From Mobula birostris (taxonomy: Eukaryota), in assembly GCF_030028105.1 (NCBI RefSeq), contig NC_092371.1, positions 96,499,064 to 96,563,063 on the forward strand: a stretch of DNA of 64,000 nucleotides, written 5' to 3'. The translations under genes were made by a program, and so were the position numbers. Positions within the stretch are counted from its first letter, which is position 1, and each line of letters opens with the position of its first letter. Below, piece after piece: positions 1-12,657 of this stretch. The notes under the pieces are model-generated. The model did not search any database and was not told where the DNA came from. It saw only the letters and a program-made list of their open reading frames with translations.

Positions 1-66
1 ACTGACAAACAACAAATGTGCAAAGGAAAACAAATCATGCGCTCCTGAATGTCTGTATATTATATT

Positions 67-2408
67 CAGTGCCAATAATATGAATTCACCCTTCTGGGAA
101 GTGTTCATGTTTTATTGTTTTACAACATTGAATAAAAGTGGATTTAATTTGATTTTTTTGACACTGATCAACAGAAAAAAACTCTTTCGTGTCAAAGTGA
201 AAACAGATCTCTACAAAGTGATCTAAATTAATTACAAAAATAAAACACAAAATAATTTATTGCATAACTATTCATCCACTTTAATATGACAAACCAAATC
301 ATCACTGGTGCAACTTCTTAGTTTCAGAAGCACATAATTAGTTAAAGAGAGATCACCTGTGTGCAGTCAAGATGTTTCAATTGATTGTAGTAAAAATGCA
401 CCTGCGTCTAAAAGATCCAACTGCTGGTGAGTCAGTATCCTGGCAAAAACTACACCCTGCAGACAGAAGAACACTCCGAGCAACTCAGAAAAGATTATTG
501 AAAAGCACAAGTCAGGAGATGGATACAAGAAAATTTCCAAGTCACTGAATATCCCTTGGAGTGAATCATCAAGAAATGGAAAGAATATTGCACAGCTGTA
601 AATACTTTATACTTTATTGTCACCAAACAATTGATACTAGAATGTACAATCATCACAGCGATATTTGATTCTGCACTTCCTGCTCCCTGGATTACAAATT
701 GATAGTAAGTATTAAAAATTTAAATTATAAATCATAAATAGAAAATAGAAAAATGGAAAGTAAGGCAGTGCAAAAAAAACCAAGAGGCAGGTCTGGATAT
801 TTGGAGGGTACGGCCCAGATTCAGGTCAGGATCCGTTCAGCAGTCTTATCACAGTTGGAAAGAAGCTGTTCCCAAATCTGGCCGTATCAAGCTCCTGAAC
901 CTTCTCCTGGAGGGAAGAGGGACAAAAAGTGTGTTGGCTGGGTGGGTTGTATCCTTGATTATCCTGGCAGCACTGCTCCGACAGCGTGCGGTGTAAAGTG
1001 AGTCCAAGGACGGAAGACTGGTTTGTGTGATGTGCTGTGCCATGTTCACAATTTTCTGCAGCTTCTTCCGGTCTTGGACAGGACAACTTCTATACCAGGT
1101 TGTGATGCACCCTAGAAGAATGCTTTCTATGGTGCATCTATAAAAATTAGTGAGGGTTTTAGGGGACAGGCCAAATTTCTTTAGTTTTCTCAGGAAGTAA
1201 AGGTGCTGGTGGGCCTTCTTGGCAGTGGACTCTGCTTGGTTGGACCAAGTCAGGTCATTTGTGATATTGACCCCGAGGAACTTAAAGCTTTTGACTTCTT
1301 CCACCTGCGCACCACCAATGTAAATTAGGTAATCTGCCTAGAGCAGGCTGCCCTCAAAAACTGAGAGACTGTGCAAGAAGGGGACTAGTGAGGGAGGCCA
1401 CCAAGAGACCTATTACAACTCTGGAGGAGTTACAAGCTGCAGTGCCTGAGATGGGAGATACTGCACATACAACAACTGTTGCCCGGGTGCTTCACCAGTC
1501 ACAGCTTTATGGGAGAATGGCAAAGAGAAAGCCACTGTTGAAAAAAATCACATGAAATCTTGGCTAGAGTTTGCCAAAAAGCATGTGGGATACTCTGAAG
1601 TCAGCTGGAAGAAGATTCTATGGTACGATGAAACTAAAATTGAGCTTTTAGGCCATCAGACTGAACGTTATGTTAGACATAAGCCAAACACTGCACATAA
1701 CCAAAAGTACACCATCCCTACTATGAAGCATGGTGGTGGCTGCATCGTGCTGTGGAGATGCTTCACTGCAGTGGGCCCTGGAAGGCTTGTGAAGGTAGAG
1801 GGTAAAATGAATGCAGCAAAATACAGGGAAATTCTGGAGGAAAACCTGATGCAGTCTGCAAGAGAACTGTGACTTGGGAAAAGATTTGTTTTCCAGCAAG
1901 ACAATGACCCCAAGCATAAAGCCAAAGCTACACAGGAATGGCTTTAAAACAACAGAGTTAATGTCCTGGAGTGGCCAAGTCAGAATCCAGATCTCAATCC
2001 AATTGAGAATCTGTGGCTGGACTTGAAAAGGGCTGTTCACTCACAATCCCCATGCAATCTGACAGAGCTTGAGCAATTTTGTAAAGAAGAATGGGGAAAA
2101 ATTGCAGTGTCCAGATGTACAAAGCTGATAGAGACCTATCCACACAGACTCAAGGATGTAATTGCTGCTAAAGGTACATCTACTAAATACTGATTTGAAG
2201 GGGATGAATACTTATGCAATCAATTATTTTGTGGTTTATATTTATAATTATTTAGATCACTTTGTAGAGATCTGTTTTCCCTTTGACACGAAAGAGTCTT
2301 TTTCTGTTGATCACTGTCAACAAAGCCAAATTAAATCCACTGTGACTTTAATGTTGTAAAACATGAAAACTTCCAATGGGAAAAGGTGAATACTTTTTAT
2401 AAAATGTG
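67..2408 (+). mobile_element. Tc1/mariner DNA transposon (DD34E), decayed, long (~210 bp) TIRs, interrupted by a LINE
   Basis: 67-280 is an imperfect inverted repeat of ~2200-2408 (e.g. CAGATCTCTACAAAGTGATCTAAAT vs ATTTAGATCACTTTGTAGAGATCTG). Transposase remnant WYDETKIEL...KHGGG...FQQDNDPKH...WPSQNPDLNPIENLW has 34 residues between the second D and E, with in-frame stops. Confidence 0.92.
604..1329 (-). mobile_element. 5'-truncated Rex1/Babar-type LINE inserted into the Tc1
   Basis: ORF 849-1304 (FKFLGVNITNDLTWS...KKAHQHLYFLRKL...NFYRCTIESIL) matches the C-terminal RT/DUF1891 region of Rex1/Babar LINEs. The Tc1 sequence resumes on both sides (GCTGTAAAT | AATCTGCCTAGAG). The same family recurs at 42200-42585. 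Confidence 0.85.
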
Positions 2409-2409
2409 A

Positions 2410-2715
2410 GTTGCAGGGTCCCTGAAACTGAGTGTGCAGGTTGCAGAATCAGTTCAGAGTTGAGGTCAGTGAATTTATCCACACTGGCTCCAGAAACTTG
2501 ATGGTTGTAGGATAATAATTGTCCCAGCACCTGGTGACATGGGACTGAAGGCTTCATACATCTACCCCATGGCAGAAGCAAGAACAGTGTGGCCTGGGTG
2601 GTGGGCGTCCTTGGTAATGGATGCTGCTTTCTTGTGGCAGCCCTCCTTGTAAATGCAGATAATGGCGGTAGGGCTTTGCCTGTAATGGACTGGGCTGTAT
2701 CCACCACTTTCTGTA
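2410..2715 (-). mobile_element. Rex1/Babar LINE 3' fragment
   Basis: LQKVVDTAQSITGKALP...KKAASITKDAHHPGH motif, decayed. Confidence 0.7.
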
Positions 2716-3171
2716 GATGCAAAACAACATCTACAAAGAAAGTGATCCTTAATAGAGGCAGGATCAGAAGTTATTGTACATTGAAACCCTTTCAAATGAG
2801 CACTCAGAAACGCATGAGAAATTATTCCCACCATCCCATCCCTGGACTTCACTGAGTCCCCAACCTAGGACTACAGCATACTGGGTCAATGTAACCCAAA
2901 ATTATGGGACATCAACGTATTTCCTGGACATAATGTGCAAGAAGCTGCTTGATCCATTTGCAATGGTTTTCCAAGGGTCTTATAATTGCTTATAGAAGAC
3001 CCTCATATACTGTGTAGATAAATCCCTCTCCTACTCCATCCCCACCCCCCCAACTCCATCAAAGGAATAACAAAGCAAATACATGAAGGCTCCTTTGACA
3101 CTTGCCAGTGGTTGTAACTTGGCTCAAGAAAAACTACCTGCCTGGCGATTTCACATTACGTACTTGCATAC

Positions 3172-3344
3172 CTTGCCCTTCCTGAACAAGGCTTTGCAAT
3201 GCTGAGGCTGGTGCTGCAAGACAATATCACAGCAGGTAAAAGCCTCCTCCAGCTGTCCTGTGTTCAGGTGGCAGGCTGCAATATTACTGTAGCATTTCAC
3301 CTTTTCTTCAAGAAGACTTTTCTTGTCTTCATGGTTGAGGACAT
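3172..3344 (-). CDS. FKBP8-like immunophilin, TPR2/TPR3-start exon (gene continues beyond window start)
   Basis: AG/GT-bounded 173-nt exon: (D)VLNHEDKKSLLEEKVKCYSNIAACHLNTGQLEEAFTCCDIVLQHQPQHCKALFRKGK, similar to FKBP8 KVKCLNNLAA...VLEHQPDNIKALFRKGK. Phase is compatible with the exon at 6745-6965. Confidence 0.85.
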
Positions 3345-3519
3345 CTGGAACATCAAGGCAGCATTAAATGACTTATCCAGCACAGCTGTGTGCAGCCATC
3401 AGACTGCCCTGAAATCAACCACATGACATTAACCCAATCTCCTCAATGTCAGCCAGTTTCAAAGGGTAATGAAAAATAGTTACAAAGGTCCAGGCAAGTG
3501 CTACAAGTTGCACAGCGTC

Positions 3520-3770
3520 AATGTTCTGGGCTCGATGTTGACCTCAGAGTTTGCATATTGTTCTTTTTCGTGTGACTCTGTGGATTCTTCTGGTTGCTCT
3601 GGTTTTCTCCCACAACCCAAATATGCATTGGCACGTTAACATTACCATCATGTAGGTGAGAAGCAAAGAAGGGCATATAAGGGGAAATAAGCCTTAGGTA
3701 ATTGAGAGAGGGAATGGGGTCAACAGAATTGCTCTGATAGGCACTAGCATAGATCAGAAGGGACAACTGT
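3520..3770 (+). mobile_element. V-SINE/HE1-like SINE remnant
   Basis: GAGTTTGCAT...GTGTGACTCTGTGGATTCTTCTGGTTGCTCTGGTTTTCTCCCACAACCCAAA resembles the V-domain core. Related copies at ~5050-5250, ~7095-7245 and ~30390-30545 (all minus). Confidence 0.55.
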
Positions 3771-4049
3771 CCTCTTTTAAATTGAAACAAGCAAGTTAAC
3801 TTCACTAAGATTTCTTGTGACTCATTGTATCACTTCCAGAGGATTTGAGGCCCACTGATGGACTGGGAACAAATTAAAACAATGGCTTACAATTATGATG
3901 CACATTTAACATGAAGCTGTGCTGACAGGAATCATGAAAACTAATACCAGTAGGAGAAGAAGGAGAATAGGAAGGTTAACCAAATTGGGTTGAGAGTGGG
4001 AGGCACCAAGTCAACAAGGTTCAAAGCAGTAACAAAGAGGAAACAGAGG

Positions 4050-4735
4050 TTTATGTCATAACTTGCACTTAATGTCAGTAAGATAAGGAATTGATTGTGG
4101 ACTTCAAGAGGTGGAATTCAAGGGAACACACACCAGTCTTTATGTAAGGAGTCAGCAGTGGAAAGGGTGAGCAGTTTAAAGTTCTCTAAATATCTATCCT
4201 AGGCCCAACATTTTGATGCAAATATAAAGACACGCCAACGGGTATATTTCATTAGGAGTTTGAGGTAATTTGGTATGTCACCAAAGATGCTAGCAAGTTT
4301 GTATAGATATAGTACTGCAGAGAGCATTCTGACAGGTCCCATCACCTCTGGTATGGAGGGGCCACTGCACAGGATCGGAAAAAGCTGCAGAGGGTTGTAA
4401 ACTCAGACAGATCCATCATGGGCACTCGGCTCCACAGCATCGAGGGCATCTTCAAAAGCAGGCATTCACCATTAGGGACCTCCACCACCTAGTATATGCC
4501 CTCTTCTCATTACTGTCATCAGAGAGGAGTATAGGAGTCTGAAGACACACACTTGATGTCTTAGGAACAGCTTCTTCCACTCCATCAGATTTCTGAATGG
4601 ACAATGAACCCATGAACACTCCCTCCCTATTTATGTTCTGTTTGTGCTGCTAATATATCTTACTGTAATTTGTAGTATATTTCATGTATTGCATAAACAA
4701 CATACTGTATTTCAGTGATAATAATCCTGATTCAA
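4050..4735 (+). mobile_element. Rex1/Babar LINE 3' fragment
   Basis: Decayed KELIVDF...VERVSSFK...ESILTG...KKLQRVV...FRNSFF followed by a 3' UTR. Confidence 0.75.
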
Positions 4736-6744
4736 TTCTAAAGCTGAAGAATGGAGCACAACAAGGAAATTTGGATGGAGGTGACTATAGATATGAGGGG
4801 GGACAAATAGCTTGGAGTTTCATTTGATAGCCAAGGGAGACCGGGGAGAATGACGACAGATGCCCAGTTGTGCGGGAAAGAAGGAGACTCACTAGGCTTT
4901 GAGCAAGTTAGAATTCACTGAGGCAGAGGACGAGAGTTCAGCAGGGAGTGCAGTGGAGCAATTGGTTTAGAAGGTGATGCAGTCAAACGTTAGCCTGACA
5001 GCAACAGAGGCGTGGCATTGCCAGTGGTACAGGGACTGAGGATTATTTATTTATTTTATTTAGAAATACAGCTCAGAACAGGCCCTTCCAGCCAATTAAC
5101 CTACTAATTGGTATGTCTTTGGCATGGGGGAGGAAACCCATATGCACACAGGAAGAATATCCCAACTTTCTGACAGAGAATGCCAGAATTGAACTCCAAA
5201 CTCCAACACCCCAAGCTGTAATAGTGTTATGCTAAATGTGACACTACCATGGCATTTTAATCAGTACCCACTTGTCCCTCAACCACCTCAAGAAATTTGT
5301 GCACTTGTACAGGCAAAGGCTCTAGGCAGGGATCTAAGGGCTGTGAGTTAGTGACTTCTGTTGAAACGTATTCACAATCTCATTATAAACACATTATTGC
5401 CACTTATTGCTGTCATTATTGCAGTACAGAAATTGTGCCAGTCTATTTTATACACTGCGAGATCCCACAAACCGTAAGGTGTTATTGTGAGATAAATGGA
5501 AAAACATATATTCAAATTTGACATTGTATAGAAAGCACTCAGATTTCTTTCATCAGTAAATCAGCACCTTGGACAGTGAAGTAATGCTGCTTCAGTCTAC
5601 ATGTTTCTGTTTAGTGACCTGCACCACAAAACACCTGGCATTACTGCCATCAGACCAAGACTGAAAGGTGGATATATGAAAAAGTCAAAGTCAATGTAAC
5701 TTTATTCTCACCACATGTCACCACTTACTACGTTGAGAGTCATTTTTTGCAGGCATTCACCTGAAAATTGGAAGAAGGGGAGACTTTTCTTTATTGCGAT
5801 ATAATGCAGAATAGGACCTTTGAGCCTAATCACATGACACTGAGATGCTGTAGAACCTGGAGCTGAGGAGCATTGACACAGGATGAAGGGCCATCCTTTA
5901 AGGACTGAAATATTTCTTGGGATGAGAGGGTCACCCTATTACAAGTGACAAAAAAAATTGGATCTGCCTACATTATTTTGTTTCGAAAGATGAAGAGGTG
6001 GTTGAAACGTCAAGGTCCTGGAAGGGTGGGGTATGAAAGGGCAGGTCTGAGATTATTACACTAGTGGTGGAATATAGAACAAGGAGACATATATAAAATA
6101 ACAGGCTGGTCATTTAAAACTGAGGTGCATTGGAACTACTTCTTACAGAAATAATGAATCCCTGGCTATGGAGGCTCCATCATTGGCAGCATTTAAAGAG
6201 GAAGTAGATAATTTTTTGAAATATCAGGGAATTGAATTCTGTGGGAACTAGCACAGAAGAGGAGATAAGGTGGGGACAGAAGAGCCGTGATCATAATGAA
6301 TGGCATGCAACTTGAAGGGTTGACTACCTCCTCCTGCTGTTTTCTTGTGTTCTGATGTTGTTTATTTAGAGCGTGGTGACTCCGTGTAACTCTCTGTCCA
6401 AGTGAGCTGTGAAGACTCAGTCACTGGGTGTGTTCAATATCAGGATCGATAAAGGAATCGAGATGTGACATGATAAGGAGAAAATATAGCCTCAAAGATC
6501 AGGATTGGCCATGACTTTACAGAATAATAGAGCTGCCTTGAGAGGCTTTGTCTATTCTTGCTTCTACTTCTGTGTTTTCTCATGAAGGTGGTGTTTAGAG
6601 TGTGTAACTTCCCAGGCTCAGGATAACTTGTTCTCTTAACATTAACAGAATACTTAATATTAAAGAAATATTTCCTTATAAACATTGAAGATAATGAATA
6701 TTTCCAATCAAAAATATAATTATTCCAGAAAAATTATTCAATAC

Positions 6745-6965
6745 CTTTGGTGCTTGTATCTATGATTGCCAAAGCACCGGTGTAGCAGAGGATTGCCATC
6801 TTATAGTTCTTACTCTGGAAGTATCGGTTGCCTTCCTCCCGCTTTTCCCTAATCATTTGTAACTGTTCTGCTTTCGGTGTAACCTCCAGACAAGTTCTAC
6901 TGAATGACAAGAGTTCGACCTCGAGGAGGACTCTGCTCCCTGGTTTCACTTCTGATGCTTCACTG
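6745..6965 (-). CDS. FKBP8-like immunophilin, end of FKBP domain plus TPR1 exon
   Basis: 221-nt exon (218 nt from the second AG of a CAGCAG acceptor): SEASEVKPGSRVLLEVELLSF...IREKREEGNRYFQSKNYKMAILCYTGALAIIDTSTK(D); donor G|GTATTG. Confidence 0.85.
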
Positions 6966-7094
6966 CTGAACCATTAAACACATGATTGTAAATTGTTGTG
7001 GTCATTGAGTGAGTCAGCATGAATACAGCCCCGTTGGACCGCCGAGCCAGTGCCAATCATTAGCCACTGACTCTGACTAATCCTATACGAATCC

Positions 7095-7245
7095 CCCTTA
7101 CGAACCTGCACATCTTTGGGATGTGGCACGAAGCTCACTGTTCTGTCACAGGGAGAACTTCGACAACTTCCAAAATCAGGACTGAATCCAGATCTCTGGT
7201 GTTGTCCAGCAGTAGCTCTGCTAGCTATGCCACTGTGCCACCCTG
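7095..7245 (-). mobile_element. tRNA-derived V-SINE/HE1-like SINE, decayed
   Basis: Minus strand reads GGGTGGCACAGTGGCATAGC (A-box-like) ... CCACATCCCAAAGATGTGCAGGTT (V-domain end). Confidence 0.55.
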
Positions 7246-7581
7246 TATCCCTGTAAAGACACATAACTAACTGGTTCATCTAACCAAATCTTGCTTTATC
7301 TATGGATATGGTGCCCATAAATAGGTCAATATCACCATCAAGCACTCATAAAGGGTCAGGATCACAAGAGAGTTGTGTTGTGAATATAGCCTCTAAGTTG
7401 CACAGGTGCATGGCCACACAATAACTGAAATGCTCCCATGCACATAGCCTTCATTGCTGCACAGCTGGAATTTTCTTAACATTTAAAGTGTCGCGCAGTT
7501 TTCAAGCCGTTTAAAATTTCCTGCTCAGAGCAATGGTTGCCCCGTGCAATGTAAAACAAAATAGAGGGAACGTTGAATATG

Positions 7582-7790
7582 ACACACATAAGATGCTGGA
7601 GGGAATCAGTAGATCAAGCAACATCTATGGAAAGGAACAAACAGTCAACATTTCAGGCCAAGAACCTTCATCAGATCTTGGCCCAAAACATCATCTGTTT
7701 ATTCCTCTCCATTGATGCTGCCTGACCTGTTGAATCCCTCCAGCATTTTCTGTGTGTTGCTCTGGATTTCCAGCATCAGCAAGAATCTCT
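7582..7790. mobile_element. Palindromic mini-element made of two inverted Penelope pLTR ends, with a hammerhead remnant
   Basis: ACACACATAAGATGCTGGAGGGAATCAG... is inverted against ...CTGTTGAATCCCTCCAGCATTTTCTGTGTGT. The minus strand centre reads CTGATGAAGGTTCTTGGCCTGAAATGTTGACTG. Confidence 0.7.
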
Positions 7791-9598
7791 TAAGTTTTTT
7801 GTGGTGAATGTTTCTAGATCCTATGTACTGTGGCATGCAGCAAATTCATGGATAAGCATTCTTCGAAAGCAGCAGAATATAGACTTCTCAATGGGTGTGA
7901 ATTGCATGAAGTGCAATTTAATAGCCTTTCTAAATTCTTCAGTGTTTGACTTCTAAAAGCAAAACAGATACAAAGTAATCAGTACACAGAGAATTCACCT
8001 CTAAAGACAAACACAACTGCCTCAGGTCAATAAAACTTAGTGAGGACATTATGAATACTCTCCTGTTTTGAGTTATCAGCTGGAGTCTGCAAACAGAAAG
8101 GGAAACGTTTTCGCTAAGTATGTACAGTTACTCTTTTTGAGGTGTGAATTAAAACATCCCTGAAAAGACAATAGAGAAGCATAAAAACTGCAAAATTGGT
8201 TTTTACTATTAACAGCAAAAAATTGGCACCACCAGGAATATGGATAAACTGTTTAAATTGTACACCTTTGAAACATACTTCCAGATCTGTTTCCATAATG
8301 GATGCAGGCAGTTCTTTATATTTAGAAAAAAGTCTAGGAATTTGAGCATCGCTAGTAAGGCCATTATTTTTCAACAGTTTGATAAAGGCAGGAGGGGAAA
8401 CTATGCATAGATCAGACCATGTAAAAACAACAGATTTCATCCACTACTAATTATTGTGAACTTTTTTCATAACTCTAATAATTTCACTTTAATTGAGGGA
8501 AGTTTTCATTTTGATATTTTGTCAGCTTTAATTCAAGAAGTGCTATAGTGAAATGGGAACTTATGCTGTCTGAATTATCAATTTATTAGCATAACTACAT
8601 CTCCACTATACTCAGTCAGAAAGAACGGGAAGTAAGAGCAGATGTGAAGAGAATAAAACAGCCAGAGGAAGCCAACAACAATCTAGAGGTATTTGAATTA
8701 CAAATATTATGTCCAGGTTGGTTACATAAGTCCAGTAATTCACTTAATCAAAATTCAAAGTAATTTCTTTATCACCTATTACATTTTTCTGTAGGGAACT
8801 TTTGTACTATTACCCAAATGCTATTTGCAACAAATTCTTCATCTCATTCTGATCCCTGCCTGTGGTTTCAACAAAGCTCAGCATAAATAAATTGAGCATC
8901 TCACTGCCTTCAGTACTCAATACTTTCAGATAATTAGCATTTATGCCATCTGCATTTCATATTCCAACAGTCACAGTCCTTTCCTTCAGGTAATTTTAGA
9001 AAACAGTTCTACTTCTTGTCTTTGACTCACCTTATAAACATGTTCTTAATCATTAATTCCTATTCCATTCTTCTTCACCTTCCACTATCATTGTCCTTCA
9101 GCCACTTAATCACACCATCAGCTGCTCTCCATTCAATCACAGTTCACTATTTCTGTTCCCTCCTCCCTGTTCCCCATTCACATCATCTTAAAATTAGTTT
9201 TATTTTTAACTTTTCAAAACACTAATGAATGGTCATTGACCTGAAACATTAACTCTGCTTCTCTCTCCACAGATGTTGCCTGTCCTGTTGCCTTCTACCT
9301 TCCTGCGGTTCAGCAGGCTCTGTTTTTGTTTAGAGGTTATCCTTTCAAACATTTACAACACTTCAGTTAAAGTACATATATTTTCTGGAGTGAACTCTAT
9401 GAATCTATCATATATTTTTAACAATACAAAAGGGCCATTCAGCACATCAGGTTCATGCAATTCCCATTAGTCCTGTCCCCTTTCATTGTCAGAATCAGAT
9501 TTATTACACTGACTTAAACGATGTGAAATTTATTGCGTTCCTGTAACCTATCACATTATTCACCATCACCAACTCCCCTTTTGTTATTATCTACAGCA

Positions 9599-10595
9599 CA
9601 GACATCCCACCCTGCAAAAACTCATTTTTGGGAGGTAGCACCACCACCACCCCTGCCCCCTTCAACCCCATATCCCGCCCCCCCCGTGGACCTCCAAGGG
9701 TGTATGTATACAGGACATTTAATTATGAAAGAACACAACAATTTATTTCATCACATATTGAAACTATTTATATATTTTTTTTCCTTGTTGAGTATTTTGT
9801 TGGCAGTTTCAATGCTAATGCAAATAGCTTTTCTATTTCTTTTGCAAACTTTCATCATACTGTGATGTGGCTTGCTTGGCAGATTTGAGCATTTTGCCAG
9901 AAGTCTCGACCTCATAGCAGTCTGTGTCAATGAATTTGTTAATTTTGCAAGACATCAGATTCACAAGTGTTTTGTGAGACAGCTGACTTCTAAATTCTGT
10001 CTTAATGTGACGCACCATGCTGAATGCCCTTTCTACATCACAATTAGAATTTGGCAGCACCAAAAGCAGCTTCATCAACTGGCAGAGCTAGTTTAAATAA
10101 CGTTAGCTATGCTCACCTCAACATGTCTTTTACAGTCATTTAACCCACTACGGGCAATAGAAAAGTCATTGTTGCAAACAGTGCAGCGAGCAACACTGTC
10201 ATTATTTTGACCCCTATTAGGCAGGGGTACACTTTAGTGTAGTCTGGGGTGAAATACGTCTTATATTTTCTTTTTTTGGAACATTCTGCCATGGCACTGC
10301 AGAACACTAAACTGAACTGATGGACAATGAAAGAGAGAGAGGGGTCGACTGTAAAGCCCGCCCACGGAGAAAACTGATAGGTCTACTTAGCACAAAGAGA
10401 GACCCATCAGGATGCTCGCTCTGTCACTCTCTCGCTACGTGTGTGTGTGTCTCTCTCTCTTCCCCCCCCCCCCGCTCCCTCGCTCGCTCTCAAAAAAATC
10501 GATTTCCGGGATATTGTATATAATTTGTGGGTTTCAGGGAGCCGCTATCAATATGCAGGAGACTCCTGGAACTTCCGAGAGAGGTGGGATGTCTG
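9599..10595 (-). mobile_element. Non-autonomous hAT transposon (internal deletion derivative)
   Basis: Perfect 13-bp TIRs CAGACATCCCACC / GGTGGGATGTCTG with flanking direct repeat ACAGCA. ORF 9833-10078 (LLVLPNSNCDVERAFSMVRHIKTEFRSQL) is a hAT C-terminal dimerisation domain. Confidence 0.85.
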
Positions 10596-11368
10596 ACAGC
10601 ATACAAAATAGGAGGAGAATGCACTCAAGCAACAGCCTGCCAACTAAGCCCACTGCCCCATTTAATCATGGCAAATTCTTCTACCTAACAACATTAAGCC
10701 TAAGATTTTGATAGCCCTCCTTTGCATCAAGAAAAGAGGACATTTCAGAGGAATAAGAGAAAGTAGAAAGGCCTAAGTTGAACAAAGCACTTAAAACTAG
10801 GGAAAATGTGGATTGAACAAACACATGTAAACAACTGCACATGTACGCTTAGGATCAAATCGAATATTTTCTTTGCCTAAGACGTGAAATAGATCCTGTG
10901 CCTGTTACAGTCAACCTCACAAGACAGGGTTTTCTAAATCAAAAACAGAACAGTCTGAAACCTGTATCTTACAAAGAGTTAAAACTCTCCTCTGATTTCA
11001 GCAGCTCTAATTCTGGGATTACAGATGTGCACCATCCTTAAAAAGAACAAAAAAAAACAGAAAATGCAGCCTAAAGTGTTGTGTATCTCCATAATTTTAT
11101 GTTTAATTGCAGATTTCCAGCAGCTTTGGCTGGAGAGGAAATCTCTGAGTTAGAGCTTCAAGATCCAAATAATGATCTACAGGAGATCTACTAATATTCA
11201 AATAAACTGTGGCCATAACTACATCGAATTCAATCCCAGATTTCAGGCTACATTGATAAGTTTTATCTTCCTTGGTGACTCCATCTGAACCTATAAGTTC
11301 ATATTGATTCCCAGTTGCTGGTAGTTCAGTAGAAGCTGCAGTTGGTTAATTAATAAATGAAACATTAC

Positions 11369-11457
11369 CTGGATGCTCTTCCAGAACAGAAGGTGGAGTC
11401 GGTGAGAATCAGAGCTGTTTCATGTATGCACATCAGGGGCACACAGATCTCCAGGGC
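11369..11457 (-). CDS. FKBP8-like immunophilin, FKBP-domain exon
   Basis: 89-nt exon AAG|GCC...TCCAG|GTAATG encoding ALEICVPLMCIHETALILTDSTFCSGRAS, similar to FKBP8 [26 protein letters not shown]. Confidence 0.85.
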
Positions 11458-12657
11458 CTTAGAAAGCAAAGAAGATTCTGAAATTTACTGTGTCAAGAGA
11501 AATCGTGTAAGTCCATGTGATAACAAAGAAGCTGAGGCACTGGATGCAACAAAGGCTATGGGACAGGTAAAATCCTAGCTGTAGTGTAGTTCCAATATCA
11601 GCCATGCCTCTAACCATACCCAAACAGCAAACTAATTATAATAAACAGTAATCATTTAGATCCTGATTTAAGACCTTGATGGGAGTTTATGCCTTTATCG
11701 AATTGTTAAATTGTCCTCATAAATTTGCTGCACAAATTCGAAGAGAGTAATTGAAAACATACACAATCTATTCACTGTTCACACCAGTGAATTGTTTATA
11801 TAGAAAACGCAATGCAATTCTGTCTAATTCGGTGCATATTTTTGACAGAGAACTCCAAACACATTTTGCAGACAATTGTGGGTTGTACACAATTGTGAAA
11901 TATTTGTAGTTCAATTTTTTCACAAATGGAGATCCTTCAAAATTTGATAAGGAGCATGTTTAATTTATGGACATGGGAATTACACACATGCATTTATATT
12001 TAGATAAATTACAGCTCTGTGTAAGATTGCACTGATGGGATACCATACCATGACAGTAGAAATGTCCATGAAATTTGTCACTGAATTGAAAACAGATGGG
12101 TATGAGTTGAAGAGAGCACAAATTGCACTGTGCTGCACATTCCAGCTGTGATTTGCAGGCATTTTAATTTCACACAGGGGTGAATAATAGCAGTGACATC
12201 TATATATTTAAACTCTCAGTTTTAAAGTTGGCTTGTTAATTCCACATAGTTTGAAATTACACAGATTCGAATTCTAGCTTTAAATGTTGACTTTGCAAGC
12301 TGCATATTTGTGTGTACTCTATTGAGATTTTGCCCAGATGCCTGACGCACTGTTTGTGTGTGGTATTGGTGTTGGTTCATGCGGACTGATCATGTCCTAC
12401 ATAAGTGCATAAGGGAAAATAGTGCAGAATTTAGTGTTGCAACTACCGAGAAAGTGCACCGCAGGTAGAGAGATAGAGAGGGAGATAAACACATATGCCA
12501 CTGTGATTTCCAACGGTGTGGCGTTGAAAGGGAAAACAAATCAGCCATGATCGAACGGCGGTGCAGATTCGACGGCCAGATCGCCCAATTCTGCTTCTTT
12601 GTCTTATGGTCTATGGTAACTGCAGTTGCTTAGGTCAGCGGCCTTCCACTCACCCAC

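Noticed and set aside
11830-11910. RELQTHFADNCGLY peptide resembling a Maverick protease or transposase motif
   Set aside because: Very short and surrounded by stops; cannot be supported without a profile search.
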